Positions 18,140-29,201 of a stretch of DNA of 64,000 nt are shown in pieces. The notes beneath the pieces are model-generated. The model did not search any database. It saw only the letters and a program-made list of their open reading frames with translations, and was not told the origin of the DNA. Source of the DNA: Planctomycetota bacterium. Its GTDB lineage: Bacteria > Planctomycetota > JAJSAM01 > JAJVHW01. Each line of letters begins with the position of its first letter. Within the stretch, counting starts at the first letter, position 1. The stretch is taken from assembly GCA_965248445.1 (NCBI GenBank), contig CBDFJG010000004.1, positions 1,568,001 through 1,632,000 on the forward strand, given 5' to 3'. Made by a program: the position numbers and the translations under genes.

Positions 18140-18568
18140 TCACTCGTCCAAGACGGTCAGGCGGACCGGGAGCCCTTCCGGGGCCTCTAGGATCGTGCGG
18201 ATCTCGGCCATCCTGTCGGCGACCCGTTCGGGCAGCACCACGCGGAGGCGGTCTGGTGCCAGCGCCAATACGTCGCGGCGGTCGTAGCCGGCTTCGAGCA
18301 GGCGTACGTCCAGCCGTGAGATGGCTCGCAGCATGTCCTCCTCGGTCGGCGCGCTGCCGTCGAGCGCGGTGACCCTGTAGATCAGCTCCGCTCGGCTCGT
18401 GTCCGGGGCGCAGCCGCCGAGCGCGCACGACGCGGCGATCCCCGCGGCGATCCCCGCGGCGAGCGCTGCCGCGCGAAAGCGGCCAAGGGCACGTGCATTC
18501 CACACACGCGGGATGGTATCGAGTTCCCGCGACGACCGCCCGTGGCGGGATCGCGCCACCACGACCAA
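18140..18568 (-). CDS. Small hypothetical lipoprotein (possibly SecD P1-head-like); start uncertain
   Basis: ALGGC lipobox-like segment; AISRLDVRL..DRLRVVLP. Confidence 0.45.
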   Translation of the reverse strand: MVVVARSRHGRSSRELDTIPRVWNARALGRFRAAALAAGIAAGIAASCALGGCAPDTSRAELIYRVTALDGSAPTEEDMLRAISRLDVRLLEAGYDRRDVLALAPDRLRVVLPERVADRMAEIRTILEAPEGLPVRLTVLDE

Positions 18569-18579
18569 GGAGCCCGACG

Positions 18580-19089
18580 ATGAACTGGACCGCGCTTCTG
18601 AACGCAGAGATCGAGGGGGTCTACGGCCCGGCTCTCGGCATGCTCGACCTGTTGGATGACGGCGAGCTCGGATGGACGCCGTCGACGGGGTCGAACTGGA
18701 TGAGCACCGGCCAGTTGCTCATGCACCTGACCTCGGCATGCGGCCACTGTTGCCGCGGCTTCATGACCGGCGATTGGGGCATGCCGGAAGACATGTCTCC
18801 GGAAGACATGCTCCCGTCGGCGGACAAGATGCCGGCGGCCGAGAGCGTCGCGCGAGCACGGGAGTTACTCGAGAGCGACAAGGCACTGGCGCTCGCCATG
18901 GTCGCTGAGGCTGGGGAAACCGACCTCGCCGGGAAGATGGTCGCCGCTCCATGGAACCCGACGCCCATGCCACTCGGGCAGCAGTTCCTGCACATGGTCA
19001 ACCACCTGGCCGCGCACAAGAGTCAGCTATTCTACTACTTGAAGCTGATGGGCAAGCCCGTGCACACCGGGACGCTGTGGGGAATGTAG
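18580..19089 (+). CDS. DinB family protein
   Basis: AAGGAG RBS; LGWTP..MSTGQLLMHL; NHLAAHKSQLFYYLKLMG. Confidence 0.88.
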   Translation: MNWTALLNAEIEGVYGPALGMLDLLDDGELGWTPSTGSNWMSTGQLLMHLTSACGHCCRGFMTGDWGMPEDMSPEDMLPSADKMPAAESVARARELLESDKALALAMVAEAGETDLAGKMVAAPWNPTPMPLGQQFLHMVNHLAAHKSQLFYYLKLMGKPVHTGTLWGM

Positions 19090-19280
19090 CCTCGCTCGAG
19101 CGGTGCCGAAGCCGGGCGGTCCGCAATCGCGTGCGCCCTGTGGACGCGGCCGCCGTGGCCGCCGGTGGTCAGTAGTCTCGATTGTCCAGGCCGCCGCTCC
19201 TCCCGGTGCGGCCGTCGTGGGATTGGCTAGCCAATGCGACGCGCTCTGCACCGTGCGTCGCGCGAAGAAGGAGAGTTGCT

Positions 19281-19643
19281 ATGCGTCAACTCGTGATCGC
19301 ACTCGGCCTTGTTGTCTTGACCACGGCATGTACTTCGCCGTGGGCGCGGAAGAAGCGGCCGGTCGCACAGTCCCCGCGAGTCGTGTATCAGGCCCCGCGA
19401 GTCGTGTATCAGGCGGCGCCGCCCGTCGTGGTTCCCGGCACCTACAAGGGTCCGGCGACGTACCACGCGAACCCGAAGGCAGGCGGCGGCACGTCGAACC
19501 CGAGTTACGGCGCGAACACCACGTCTCCGACCGGCCCCGGCGCCTACTCGCCTGCGGGAAGCGCGTTCGAGAAGAACCCGGTGCCCGGCAGCGTCCGCGA
19601 GTACATCAACCGCTACGGAAGTAGCGGAACGATGTCCAAGTAG
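19281..19643 (+). CDS. Pro-rich hypothetical lipoprotein
   Basis: AAGGAG RBS; LTTAC lipobox; internal 21-bp tandem duplication encoding PRVVYQA twice. Confidence 0.7.
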   Translation: MRQLVIALGLVVLTTACTSPWARKKRPVAQSPRVVYQAPRVVYQAAPPVVVPGTYKGPATYHANPKAGGGTSNPSYGANTTSPTGPGAYSPAGSAFEKNPVPGSVREYINRYGSSGTMSK

Positions 19644-19887
19644 CCGCTCGTCGAGAGGCGGAATCGAGCCCGGACGGGAAATCACGGGACGCCGCGTGCC
19701 GCACTCGGTCAGAATCGGGGAGTTCCGGTGGTGGAGCCGCACGAGTGGGCGGGTCGCGCCGGTCGGACTTTCTGTGTCACGTGACTTCCGCAAGCCTCTC
19801 CTCCCTCTGGGCAACCCCGTCTCCACAACGGGCATCTCCGGTCGGACGCTCCGGTACTCGTCGACGCACGATGAGGAGCTGTGAGAC

Positions 19888-20448
19888 GTGACGAAGAGGA
19901 TCTACATCGGCAATCTGCCGTTCCGTGCGACCGAAGCTGACATACGCGAGTTGCTCGGCAAGTTCGGCACGCTGCACAACCTGAGTCTCCCGACCGACCG
20001 CGAGACCGGTCGACCGCGCGGTTTCGGGTTCGCGGAATTCGATGACGATGTCGCGGTCAAGGCGATCGGCGAGCTGAACGGCTTCGAGTTCCACGGCCGG
20101 CCGTTGCGTGTCAACGAAGCCGTCGAGCGGCAAGCCGGCGGCGGTGGCGGGTACCGCGGTGGCGGTAGCAGCGGTGGCGGTGGCGGTGGTGGGTACCGCG
20201 GAGGCGGTAGCAGTGGCGGCGGCGGCTATCGCGGAGGCGGCGGCGGCGGATCCGGTGGCGGCTACCGCGGTGGTGGTGGCGGCGGCGGCTATCGCGGCGG
20301 CGGCGGAGGTTTCGGCGGCCCCCCCTCCGAGGACGAAGCTCCGATGGAGAACCCGCGGGGACGCCGGGATCCATCGCGTCGCCAGAAGAAGAAGAAGGAC
20401 GACGGCGAGAATCGCAAGGACCGCGAGTGGGACGGCGACTTCGACTGA
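19888..20448 (+). CDS. RRM RNA-binding protein with Gly-rich (GGGYRGGG)n region
   Basis: RNP2 IYIGNL, RNP1 RGFGFAEF, GRPLRVNEA. Confidence 0.95.
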   Translation: MTKRIYIGNLPFRATEADIRELLGKFGTLHNLSLPTDRETGRPRGFGFAEFDDDVAVKAIGELNGFEFHGRPLRVNEAVERQAGGGGGYRGGGSSGGGGGGGYRGGGSSGGGGYRGGGGGGSGGGYRGGGGGGGYRGGGGGFGGPPSEDEAPMENPRGRRDPSRRQKKKKDDGENRKDREWDGDFD

Positions 20449-20611
20449 TCTCGGTCGCGTTCTCTGGCGCGTTCTCTTCCGCTGCGGAGTCGCAGCGCCG
20501 ACAGACGTCTGAACGCGTCGCTCCGGTCTCCCCAGCCCCGGCCCCAGCTCGACCAGCGCCGAAGCGCGATTCCTAGGGGCCCGCGCGGTATCGTCCGCAC
20601 GGGAGGGCACG

Positions 20612-23425
20612 TTGCGCAGGACCGGATTCGCGCTGCTTCGCGGACTCGCCGTCGTGTTGGCGGTGGTCGTCGTGCTGTCGAGCACGGTCGGCTGCCGTTC
20701 CACGAGCGTGAGACGCGGCGAGATCCCGAATTTCCGCTCCTGGTTCGCGCAGTTCGACGGCGACCGCCGCGTGTCCCGGCCTCTCCCGACGGGCTTCGGG
20801 CACTACGGTCAATCGCATCGCGACGTCGTGCTGGCGATCATCCCGAACGCCGTAGCGGGGTGGCGGCCGGGGTCGCTCGCCGGTGACCACCTGTTCGATG
20901 CGGACGGCCTCCGCGGAGTCGACCACCGCGCACACCGCGGGTTCGAGCTCCTGAACCGGAACGGCATCTTCGTCGCTGCAACCGACGAGGGCCGACGCAA
21001 CGCAGTGCTGTCCCAACTGCTCGATCGGGGCGACGCCGATCGGGAACGCCCCGGTGTCCCTGCCTTCGTGGTGGTGGAGGGGTTGCCCAAGGAGGAGTGG
21101 CCCGTCGTCGTCGTCACGTCGGAGATCCTCGTCCGATTCCAACGGTCGTTCCTCGACGACCCCGGGCGCGGAGTCTCGCCACGAGATCGCGTGGATCGGC
21201 TGTTGCGTGATCGGTGGGACGCCCGCGTGGTCAGAGTCCACTCCGCCGATCCGCGGCTACACCTGATCCGCGTCGGAGCGCGCGGGCCGCAGGCCTGGCT
21301 CCGCATCGCGCGCGAGATCAAGGGCGCCAAGGAGTGTGACGGGATCGCGGAACCGAACCTGCTCGTTCCGCACGTTGCTCACTCCGACGATCCGTCGCAG
21401 GACGTTGCAGGGACGCCGACATTCGCGTCACCACCGCCCACGAATGACCCTCTGGTCGGGAAGCAGTGGCCTCTCGCCGCCAGCGGTGCCCTTTCCGCGT
21501 GGAACCGGCCGGTTACGACTTCAAGGGGCAGCAATGATGTCGTCGTCGCCATCCTCGAACCGCACGGTGTGCAGGTCACGCATCCGGATCTCGTCGACAA
21601 CCAGGCCCCGGATCTGCATTGGAACTTCGACGACGACTCGTCGAACCCGCAGAAGGACCGCGAGGCACCGGACGGAAAGCCCATACAGGCCGGCCACGGC
21701 ACGGCGACGGCCGGGTTGGTGGCCGCTTCCGCGGGGAACGGTCTCGGCGTCAGCGGCGTGGCGCCCGGGTGTCGCTTCATGGCGATCTGTCTGGGTTCGT
21801 CGATCTTCGAGGACATCGAGGCGTTCGACCACGCGCGCGAGATGGGCGCGGCGGTTCTGAGCAACAGCTGGGCCTACCCGACGGGGCTCGACGTTCCGGA
21901 TTCGGTCCGCTGCGCGATCTACCGTGCGGTCACGAAGGGTCGCGATGGCAAGGGATGCGTTGTGCTGTTCTCGCTGACGAACAAGACCCGCGACAACTTC
22001 GCGGACACGTCGGCGTGGGCGAACGCCGAGACGCTGTGCGCGGACGTGGGCTACTGGAGCACCGTCGCCGACTGGACGTGGTTCAAGATCCAGGCGGAGA
22101 CGGTATCGGAGGACACGGCCGTGTGGCGGCCGCTCGCTTCGATGCCGGAGGTGATGGCGATCGGTCGATGCACCGACACGGAGAAGTGGGGCCAGTGCGG
22201 GTACGGCGCGGGCATGAGTCTCGTGGGGCCGTCGAACGCGCAGGGTTCGACGGAGACGCGGTCGTGCGACTGGACCACCTTCCTCGGCGTCGCCGACGTC
22301 GTCACGACGGACCTGACCGACGAAGACGGGGAGAACCCCAAGGCCGGCTTCAACTGGGGCAAACCGGTGGGCGAGGCCACAGGAGCATGCGCGTGCAGCG
22401 ACTTCAACGGCGGTGTGACCGAGCTGAACGACGGCGACTACACGGTCTGCTTCAAGGGCACCTCGGCCGCCGTACCGATCGTTGCGGGCGTCGCCGCTCT
22501 CGTGATCTCGGAGTACCCGGAGGCCACGAGCCGCGATGTTCGCAGGCTGCTCGAGTCGACCGCCGTCCCCGTGGACGCGGATCAGGGCAAGTGGGTCTCG
22601 AACCCGGAGACCGGTGACGCCTACAGCCCGCGTCTCGGACATGGCCGCGTCAACGCGGGCGCGGCGTGCGAGGCGGCAGCAGAGCTTCGCGAGTCGCGCA
22701 AGCCGCGGGTGGCGCTCAGCGTGTCCGGACCGAGCAGGGCGGCCGTCGGCGACACGGTCACTTTCTACCTCACGGCCACGAACGAGGCAGCGGCGCCGGT
22801 GCAGGACGTCGTGTTGACCAACGTGTTGCCCGCCGGCTGGACGCACGTCACGCACTCGGGTGACGCGTTGCTGGGTGATGACCGGCTGAAGTGGGCGCTC
22901 GGCACGCTACCTGCGAATAGCGGCCGGTGGTTCACCGTCACGTGCCGTGCGTCTTCCGTCGGCGCCGCCACGAACTATGTCGAGGTGCTGGCGAGCGGCG
23001 CAGAGACGGTTTCGTCGAGCACGACTGTGACGGTCTTCGTCCCGCTCGCGGTCACGGTGACGGCGCCCGCGTCGGCAACCGTGGGATACCCTGAGTCCTG
23101 GACCGTCGCCGTGCACAACGCGTCCGATCTCGGCGTCGAAGGCGTCCGGCTGCGCAACCCGTTCCCGAAGGGGGTGACCGCCGACATGATCGCCTTCGGG
23201 TCCGGCTCTGACGACGTTGCAGTCGTCCCCCCCGGGGCGGTCAAGTCCACCGACGCGATCGTCTGGGAGATCGGTTCGCTGCGCGCGGGCGAGAGCCGCT
23301 ACCTCACGTACACGATCCGGACGACGGCACCGCTCGAGGTCGTGAACAGCGCCTACGCCGAGGCCGATGGCGCCACCCTGGGCGAGGACACGGCGTCCGT
23401 CTGGGTGAACTGGCCCACGCACTAG
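20612..23425 (+). CDS. S8 subtilisin-family serine peptidase lipoprotein with C-terminal DUF11-like domains
   Basis: VVVAILE, HGTATAG, SNSW, GTSAAVPIVAGVAAL; VGDTVTFYLTATN repeats. Confidence 0.85.
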   Translation: MRRTGFALLRGLAVVLAVVVVLSSTVGCRSTSVRRGEIPNFRSWFAQFDGDRRVSRPLPTGFGHYGQSHRDVVLAIIPNAVAGWRPGSLAGDHLFDADGLRGVDHRAHRGFELLNRNGIFVAATDEGRRNAVLSQLLDRGDADRERPGVPAFVVVEGLPKEEWPVVVVTSEILVRFQRSFLDDPGRGVSPRDRVDRLLRDRWDARVVRVHSADPRLHLIRVGARGPQAWLRIAREIKGAKECDGIAEPNLLVPHVAHSDDPSQDVAGTPTFASPPPTNDPLVGKQWPLAASGALSAWNRPVTTSRGSNDVVVAILEPHGVQVTHPDLVDNQAPDLHWNFDDDSSNPQKDREAPDGKPIQAGHGTATAGLVAASAGNGLGVSGVAPGCRFMAICLGSSIFEDIEAFDHAREMGAAVLSNSWAYPTGLDVPDSVRCAIYRAVTKGRDGKGCVVLFSLTNKTRDNFADTSAWANAETLCADVGYWSTVADWTWFKIQAETVSEDTAVWRPLASMPEVMAIGRCTDTEKWGQCGYGAGMSLVGPSNAQGSTETRSCDWTTFLGVADVVTTDLTDEDGENPKAGFNWGKPVGEATGACACSDFNGGVTELNDGDYTVCFKGTSAAVPIVAGVAALVISEYPEATSRDVRRLLESTAVPVDADQGKWVSNPETGDAYSPRLGHGRVNAGAACEAAAELRESRKPRVALSVSGPSRAAVGDTVTFYLTATNEAAAPVQDVVLTNVLPAGWTHVTHSGDALLGDDRLKWALGTLPANSGRWFTVTCRASSVGAATNYVEVLASGAETVSSSTTVTVFVPLAVTVTAPASATVGYPESWTVAVHNASDLGVEGVRLRNPFPKGVTADMIAFGSGSDDVAVVPPGAVKSTDAIVWEIGSLRAGESRYLTYTIRTTAPLEVVNSAYAEADGATLGEDTASVWVNWPTH

Positions 23426-23442
23426 ATGGCACACGCACTAGA
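23411..23442 (+). repeat. 16-bp tandem duplication spanning the S8 stop codon
   Basis: TGGCCCACGCACTAGA followed by TGGCACACGCACTAGA (15/16). Confidence 0.7.
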
Positions 23443-23540
23443 GTGACCGCAGTCGCGAGGCTCGGACACGCAGCCTGGACCGACCCCCTTTCACCCGCGC
23501 GCGACGCGCTGTAGGTTGATCCCGGGAGGCAGGCCGGGCG

Positions 23541-26500
23541 ATGGCGGTGCAGGTCGAAAAGCTGGGACGTGACAGCGGGTTCATTCCGATCCGCGTCCTT
23601 GCCGGGCGTTACGAGCTGATCTCGCTGGTGGGCGAGGGCGGCGCCGGCCTCGTCTATCGCGCCCAGGACCGCGTGACAGGCCAGACCGTTGCCGTGAAGT
23701 CCTTGCGGCCCGGATATGCAACCGCGATGCCTCGCGTGCGTCGCGAGATCGCAGCGTTGCGCCTGCTGCGCATCCCGGGCGTGGTCACGCTCCTCGACGA
23801 GGTCGAGGAGGGCGAGGAAGTCCACCTCGTCATGGATTTCGTGAACGGGACCCACTTCCCCGGCGACGGCATCGAACTCGACTGGGACCACGTCGCACCG
23901 ACCGTGCGTGCGCTGCTCGAGACGCTCGGCCGTGTTCATGCGGCGGGCGTCATCCACCGCGACCTGAAGCCTGCGAACGTCCTCGTGGACCAGGACGGGC
24001 GCGTCACGCTCGTTGACTTCGGGTTGTCGTTCGGTCCTGCGCTCGGGCGCGGAGTCACGGTCACAGGTGCGGTGGTCGGCACACCGGAGTACCTGGCGCC
24101 TGAGCAGATTCGCGGGCGAGGCGTCGACGGCCGTGCGGACATCTACGCGCTCGGCGTCATGCTCTACCAGGCGTTCGCGGGGAAGCTGCCGTTCGAGGCC
24201 GAGGACTTCGCGGATCTCATCCGCCGCAAGCTGACCGGTTCGAGCATCCCCCTCTCGCGAGCGACCAAGGCGGTGCCGCGCGAAGTGGCGCACGTCATCG
24301 ATCGCATGCTCTCGGTAGACCCCGGCGAGCGCCCGCAGTCCGCGGCTGAGGCGCTGCGCAGGTTGTTTGGTTCCGGCGCCCCGACGACGGGCGAGACAGC
24401 GTTGCCGCGGCTCGGCTCACCGGTGCCGCTCGAACAGACACTGGCCGCTGTGCGCGCGCACAAGTCGATCGACGTCTTCGGTCCGCTCGGCTCCGGCCGT
24501 TCCAGACTGCTGCAAGACACCGCAGATGCGGTCGAGGCGGAGGGCCGCGCGGCTCTCTGGGCGATGCGTGGGCGGAGCCCGTACGCGAGCATCGCACCGC
24601 TGATCGGAGGTCTTGCCGGCCTCGAATCCATGTCGCCGGACGAGGCGTTCGGGATGCTCGACAGCCGTCTGCGTGACACGCTTCGCCGCGGAGACGTGTT
24701 GCTGATCGACGAGCCGTCCCGCATCGATCCCTGGTCGGCTCGCGCGATCGAGCGCTGCCGGAGCGAGGGGTCGATCGTCCGCGTTGCGTTGCACCCGACG
24801 CCGGGGTGCGTCGAAGTCACCGGGCTGACGGCCGACGACCTGCGCCCTCTCTTCGCCGGACCCAGCCGCCTGCTTCACCTCCCCGAGGACGCGGCTGAGG
24901 AACTCTGGCGTCGCACGGGCGGACAGCCTGGTCACGTGCGGTCCGAACTCTCCGCCTGGATACGCCACGGACTGGCTCAGTGGGTGGACGGCGCCGTCGT
25001 CATCACGCGCGCTGCGCTGGACCGCCTGCAGGGCGGACTGCCGATCGGCGACTGGCTGGACAGCGGAGCGCGGGGAGGATCGTCGCGGTCGCGGGAACTC
25101 GATGAGCTCCTCGCCTGGATCGCGCTGGCATGGCCGCACGGCGACTTCGATCTTCTCGCGGACGTCGTCGCGCGGCCGCGCGGGATGATCGAGCCGGAGA
25201 TCGAGATGCTCATCACGGACGGCATGCTGCGGCGGCTCGAGGACGGCCGGCTGCTGCCGCTCGCGGTGGCGGAGAGCCTGCAGACGTGGACCGAGGAACA
25301 GCGGCAGGCCGCGCACCGCGTCCTCGCTGCCGCCCTGCCGCGCGGTGTGCCGGCTCGGCTGCTCCATCTTGCAGCGGCCGGTGAGCCCGCGGAGCTCATC
25401 GCCGAGACCCTGTTGCTCGGCCGCGAACTCGTGCGGACAGGCAATCTCGGCGAGGCACTCCCGCTGCTCGCGCACGCGCTCGATGCCGCGCGCCGCGAGA
25501 ACGATGCAACAGCGCACGAGAATCTGCTGCGTGTACACGCGTGCGCAGCGATCTCACTGGGGACGCAGGGAGCCGAGCCGTGGAGCAGGCGATCTACGAG
25601 CTCGGCCGTGCGCCCGGCCGGTCCGATGGCATCCGGCAGCTCGACAAGCTGCTCCGCGCGGTTCTCGAGGTCCAGCGGGGAGACCCCGACGCCGCGCTGA
25701 AGATGCTCGAGGCCTGCGGCGCGATCGACGATCCGGATCTCGAACTCCGGCGTCAGGGGCATCGCGCGCGTGTCGGCGAGCGGCTCGCGCTCGACCGTCA
25801 ACGAGAAGTGCTGGACGACATCGGTGAGTGGGCGCGGACGACCAACGTCCCGCGGGCGAAGATGAACCACACGACGTGGAGCGCGGGGCTCAGGTTGCGT
25901 GAGGGTCGCTACGCCGAGGCGGCCGCGTTGTTCGAGAACGCAGCCGCGGAGCAGGAGCGAGCGCCGGCACGGATGGCCGGTTTCTTGAACGCCGGAACCA
26001 CATACCTCCGCATCGGAGAGTTCGAGCGCGCGAGCCACATGGCCGAGCAGGCGCTCGACCTGGCTGTCCGGTATCGCCATCCGCTCTACGAGGCGTACGC
26101 GGAGTCCCTGCGGCGCGACATCCTCTATCGCACGGGTGACGCTCACGGGACGGATCGGGAGTTCATCGACGCGATCGCCGAGATCGGTTCACCGGGCATC
26201 GAGGGATACGTCGCGCTCACGGAGGCTGCCACGGGTTGGCGCTCCGGTCAGACCGACGTGGCGCGCGAACTCGCCACGCGCGCGGCGACGCTCTTCTCGA
26301 CGCTGGGCGATCGCGCCGCGTACCTCCTCGCGCGCGGTCTCGAGGTCGAGTGCGGCGACACGCTTCCGAGCAGCGAGTTGCGGAAACTCGTGGCGGAGGC
26401 GCTGGATCAGAGCGACCACACGGCGGCGATCCAGTTCCTCGGCCTCGTCGCCCCGCACGGCGGCAAGCATCGCAAGGCCGTTGGCGATGCGCTCGACCAG

Positions 26501-26590
26501 ATCGTCACGAACGTGCCCGCAGAGCGGCGAGACCTGAGTTTGGAAGTGATGTCCGTGAACGAGGCCATGGCGCGCGCCGTTCCGGGCTGA
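23541..26590 (+). CDS. Ser/Thr protein kinase with degenerate P-loop region and TPR-like C-terminus; 1-nt frameshift at about 25560-25570
   Basis: GEGGAGLVY, VAVK, HRDLKPAN, DFG, GTPEYLAPE; GPLGSGRS; ORF 25541-26590 continues the helical repeats. Confidence 0.85.
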
Positions 26591-26699
26591 TCCGGACTGA
26601 CCCCCTTGCGGAGACTCATGGGCGCCCGTTACCGTCCGGTATCCGCGAGACGCATGAGATTCCCATGGGGGGAGGACCGCGCCGCGGGGGGAGGGGATC

Positions 26700-27158
26700 A
26701 TGAGAAGCGTACGCAGACGCTTGGGAGCAGCGCTGGTGGTCGCGGCAGTCGTGATGTTCGCGGGCGGACTCTCGGGCTGTACGAACGGCGACTCCGACAA
26801 CGGTGGTGATGTGACGGGGGCGGGTGGCGATGCGACGGAGGGGCCTTCGGCTACCACGTCCATCCACTACGAGAACACGGGGAAGCCGACCCTGTATGAA
26901 GTGCATCGCGGACCGGATCTGACCGACCCGCTGGTCGCTGCCATCATGGACCAGGCCGGGAACCAGCAGGGTCAGGTCTGTTACTCGCCGGCGATGCTGC
27001 CCATCGGACAGCCGGAAGACAGCTTGCATGAGATCGGCCCGACGCCGCCGGCGGGAGGACTGTGCGCTGAGTACGGCCCGCAGCTTCCGGGGGCGAGGAT
27101 TGCGGATTACGAGGGCGATCCAAGCAACCGCATGAACGATCAGCCCTGCCCGGAGTAG
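26700..27158 (+). CDS. Hypothetical lipoprotein
   Basis: GGAGG RBS; LSGC lipobox. Confidence 0.7.
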   Translation: MRSVRRRLGAALVVAAVVMFAGGLSGCTNGDSDNGGDVTGAGGDATEGPSATTSIHYENTGKPTLYEVHRGPDLTDPLVAAIMDQAGNQQGQVCYSPAMLPIGQPEDSLHEIGPTPPAGGLCAEYGPQLPGARIADYEGDPSNRMNDQPCPE

Positions 27159-27168
27159 CATCCTGGAT

Positions 27169-28701
27169 GTGCGCCGGCTCGTCCTGAACACCACGCTGTG
27201 CGCCGCGACACTCGCAGTGCTCGCGGCGGCACCGGCGGTGTCTCAGGACGAGAAGGCCCCGGCGCCCGCCGCGCGCCTCGCGAACGTCATCGTTCTCGGG
27301 AAGACACAGCTGCTCGCCGACGCGGCCGCGTTCGATACGTTCTGTACCGAGAACGCGGGGCGCAAGCGATCCGAGTTGCGCACGGAGATCGTCGGGCGTC
27401 TCAAGGAGATCGCCGCGGCCGAGCGTCCTGCACTGCTGAAGGCGCTCGGCTCCCCGGAGGAGTACCAGACGCTCTGGCTGCTGAACGCGGTCGTGGTGCG
27501 GGTACCGGTCGCAGAGGTCGAGAAGATCCGCGAACTGAAGCCGGTGAAGTGGGCGTACGGCGCTGGGGCGGTCCCCGAGTGGAACCCCAAGGTCGTGCAG
27601 AACGCCCAGAGCAAGGTGTCCACGGTGCTCGAGCCGGTGGGCGAGCGCGAGCCGTTCGTCGTCAAGGGGAAGACGATTCCCTGGAACCTGAAGGCGCTAG
27701 AAGTCCCGCGTGTGTGGAAAGACCTGAAGGTCACGGGCGAAGGGGCGCTGGTCGTCTCGATCGACAACGGGCTGAACTACAACCAGCAAGATCTCACGGC
27801 CAACATCTGGCGGAACGCAGGCGAGACTCCGAACGACGGCAAGGACGATGACGGCAACGGACTCATCGACGACGTGTACGGGTTCGACTTCAGCAGGCTC
27901 TCGCCGGAGATCCTCGATGTCGGCAAGCGGCAGCACGGCACGCTCACGAGTTCGCTCGTCGTAGGCGACGGCACCGGCGGCACGGTGACGGGTGTTGCGC
28001 CGCGGGCGAAGCTGATGCCTCTGCGGGCTGCAGGCGGGCCGTTGCTGTCGGCGCGGGCGATGCAGTACGCGCTCGAGCAGGGCGGCGACGTCGTGTCGAT
28101 GAGCTTTTCGATCCCGCTGAAAGGGGACATCCGCGGACTCTGGCGCATGATCGCGGAGAACGCGACGTGCGCCGGACTGGTGCTCGTCTCCGGAGCCGGG
28201 AACTTCCAGCAGACCGAGGAGGTCCCGGTCCAGATCCGCATCCCCGAGGGCATCCCGTGCGTCATCTGCGTCGGTGGCGTGACGGAGAAGCTGAAGCTCT
28301 CGCCGGTCTCCAGCATGGGGCCGGTGGAGTGGGGCACGGTGAAGTTCTACGAGGATCACGCGATGCCGAAGGGACTGATCAAACCGGACGTGTCCGCGTT
28401 CCCCGGCCCCGCGATCGGGCTGGTGGGCACGCAGGGCAACGACACCTACCTGGGGAAGAACAATCGGCGCCGCGGCAACTCCCTCAGTGCGCCACAGGTC
28501 GCGGGCACGATTGCGCTGATGCTCTCCGCCAATCCCGAGCTGACGCCGTGGCGCGTGAAGGCGATCCTCGAGGAGACGGCGAAGGACGTGAAGCCGAAGG
28601 GCAAGGACGTCGAGACGGGTGCGGGCCTGGTGAACGCCTACAAGGCCGTGAAAAAGGCGATCGAAGAACGAGCGCCGGAGACCGCGACGACACCCAGATG
28701 A
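27169..28701 (+). CDS. Secreted S8 family serine peptidase
   Basis: SIDNG, DDDGNGLIDDVYG, HGT, GAGN, KPDVSA, GNSLSAPQVAG. Confidence 0.9.
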   Translation: MRRLVLNTTLCAATLAVLAAAPAVSQDEKAPAPAARLANVIVLGKTQLLADAAAFDTFCTENAGRKRSELRTEIVGRLKEIAAAERPALLKALGSPEEYQTLWLLNAVVVRVPVAEVEKIRELKPVKWAYGAGAVPEWNPKVVQNAQSKVSTVLEPVGEREPFVVKGKTIPWNLKALEVPRVWKDLKVTGEGALVVSIDNGLNYNQQDLTANIWRNAGETPNDGKDDDGNGLIDDVYGFDFSRLSPEILDVGKRQHGTLTSSLVVGDGTGGTVTGVAPRAKLMPLRAAGGPLLSARAMQYALEQGGDVVSMSFSIPLKGDIRGLWRMIAENATCAGLVLVSGAGNFQQTEEVPVQIRIPEGIPCVICVGGVTEKLKLSPVSSMGPVEWGTVKFYEDHAMPKGLIKPDVSAFPGPAIGLVGTQGNDTYLGKNNRRRGNSLSAPQVAGTIALMLSANPELTPWRVKAILEETAKDVKPKGKDVETGAGLVNAYKAVKKAIEERAPETATTPR

Positions 28702-29135
28702 CTGCGAAGAAGAAGGCGACGGCGAAGAAGAAGGCCACACGGCCGACGCGAAAGAAGACTGCCAAGCGCACCGCGCGTTCCGGCGGCCGCCCGGGCGCGG
28801 GCTACACGCGCATCCGCAAGATCTGCCTCGCGCTGCCGGACACCGAAGAGCTCATCAAGTGGGGCAATCCGCACTTCTGCGTGAAGGGGAAGATCTTCGC
28901 TGGTTACGGCGAGGTGGTCGGGGACGCGCGGATCGGGTTCAAGCTGCCGATGGACGTTGCGGAGGCGAGCATCCGCAAGCACAAGCACTTCCACAAGGCG
29001 AAGTACGTCGGTCACAAGGGCTGGGTCTCTGTCGATGCAGCCGCGATCGAGGACTGGAAGCGCATCACGGCGATGGTCGAAGAGAGCTACCGCCTGATCG
29101 CGCCCAAGCGCTCGATCGCGAAACTCGACGGCTGA
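28698..29135 (+). CDS. MmcQ/YjbR family DNA-binding protein with Lys-rich N-terminal tail
   Basis: ICLALPDTEE..KWGNPHFCVKGKIFA; YVGHKGWV; ESYRLIAPKR; ATGA overlap with upstream stop. Confidence 0.88.
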   Translation: MTAKKKATAKKKATRPTRKKTAKRTARSGGRPGAGYTRIRKICLALPDTEELIKWGNPHFCVKGKIFAGYGEVVGDARIGFKLPMDVAEASIRKHKHFHKAKYVGHKGWVSVDAAAIEDWKRITAMVEESYRLIAPKRSIAKLDG

Positions 29136-29201
29136 GCCGTCGTACTGCCTTCGCTCGCGCGAACTCGGGTCGCCACGCAGAGCCCCGGGCGCGCATGTCC
29201 C

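Noticed and set aside
19372..19413. 21-bp tandem repeat
   Set aside because: In-frame coding duplication (PRVVYQA twice), only two copies
19644..19887. Long leader before the RRM gene as a riboswitch or ncRNA
   Set aside because: No recognisable family motif by eye; needs an Infernal/Rfam search
20137..20320. Repeated GGCGGC..TACCGCGG units as a possible CRISPR or repeat array
   Set aside because: They encode the Gly-rich GGGYRGGG region of the RRM protein; no unique spacers and no cas genes
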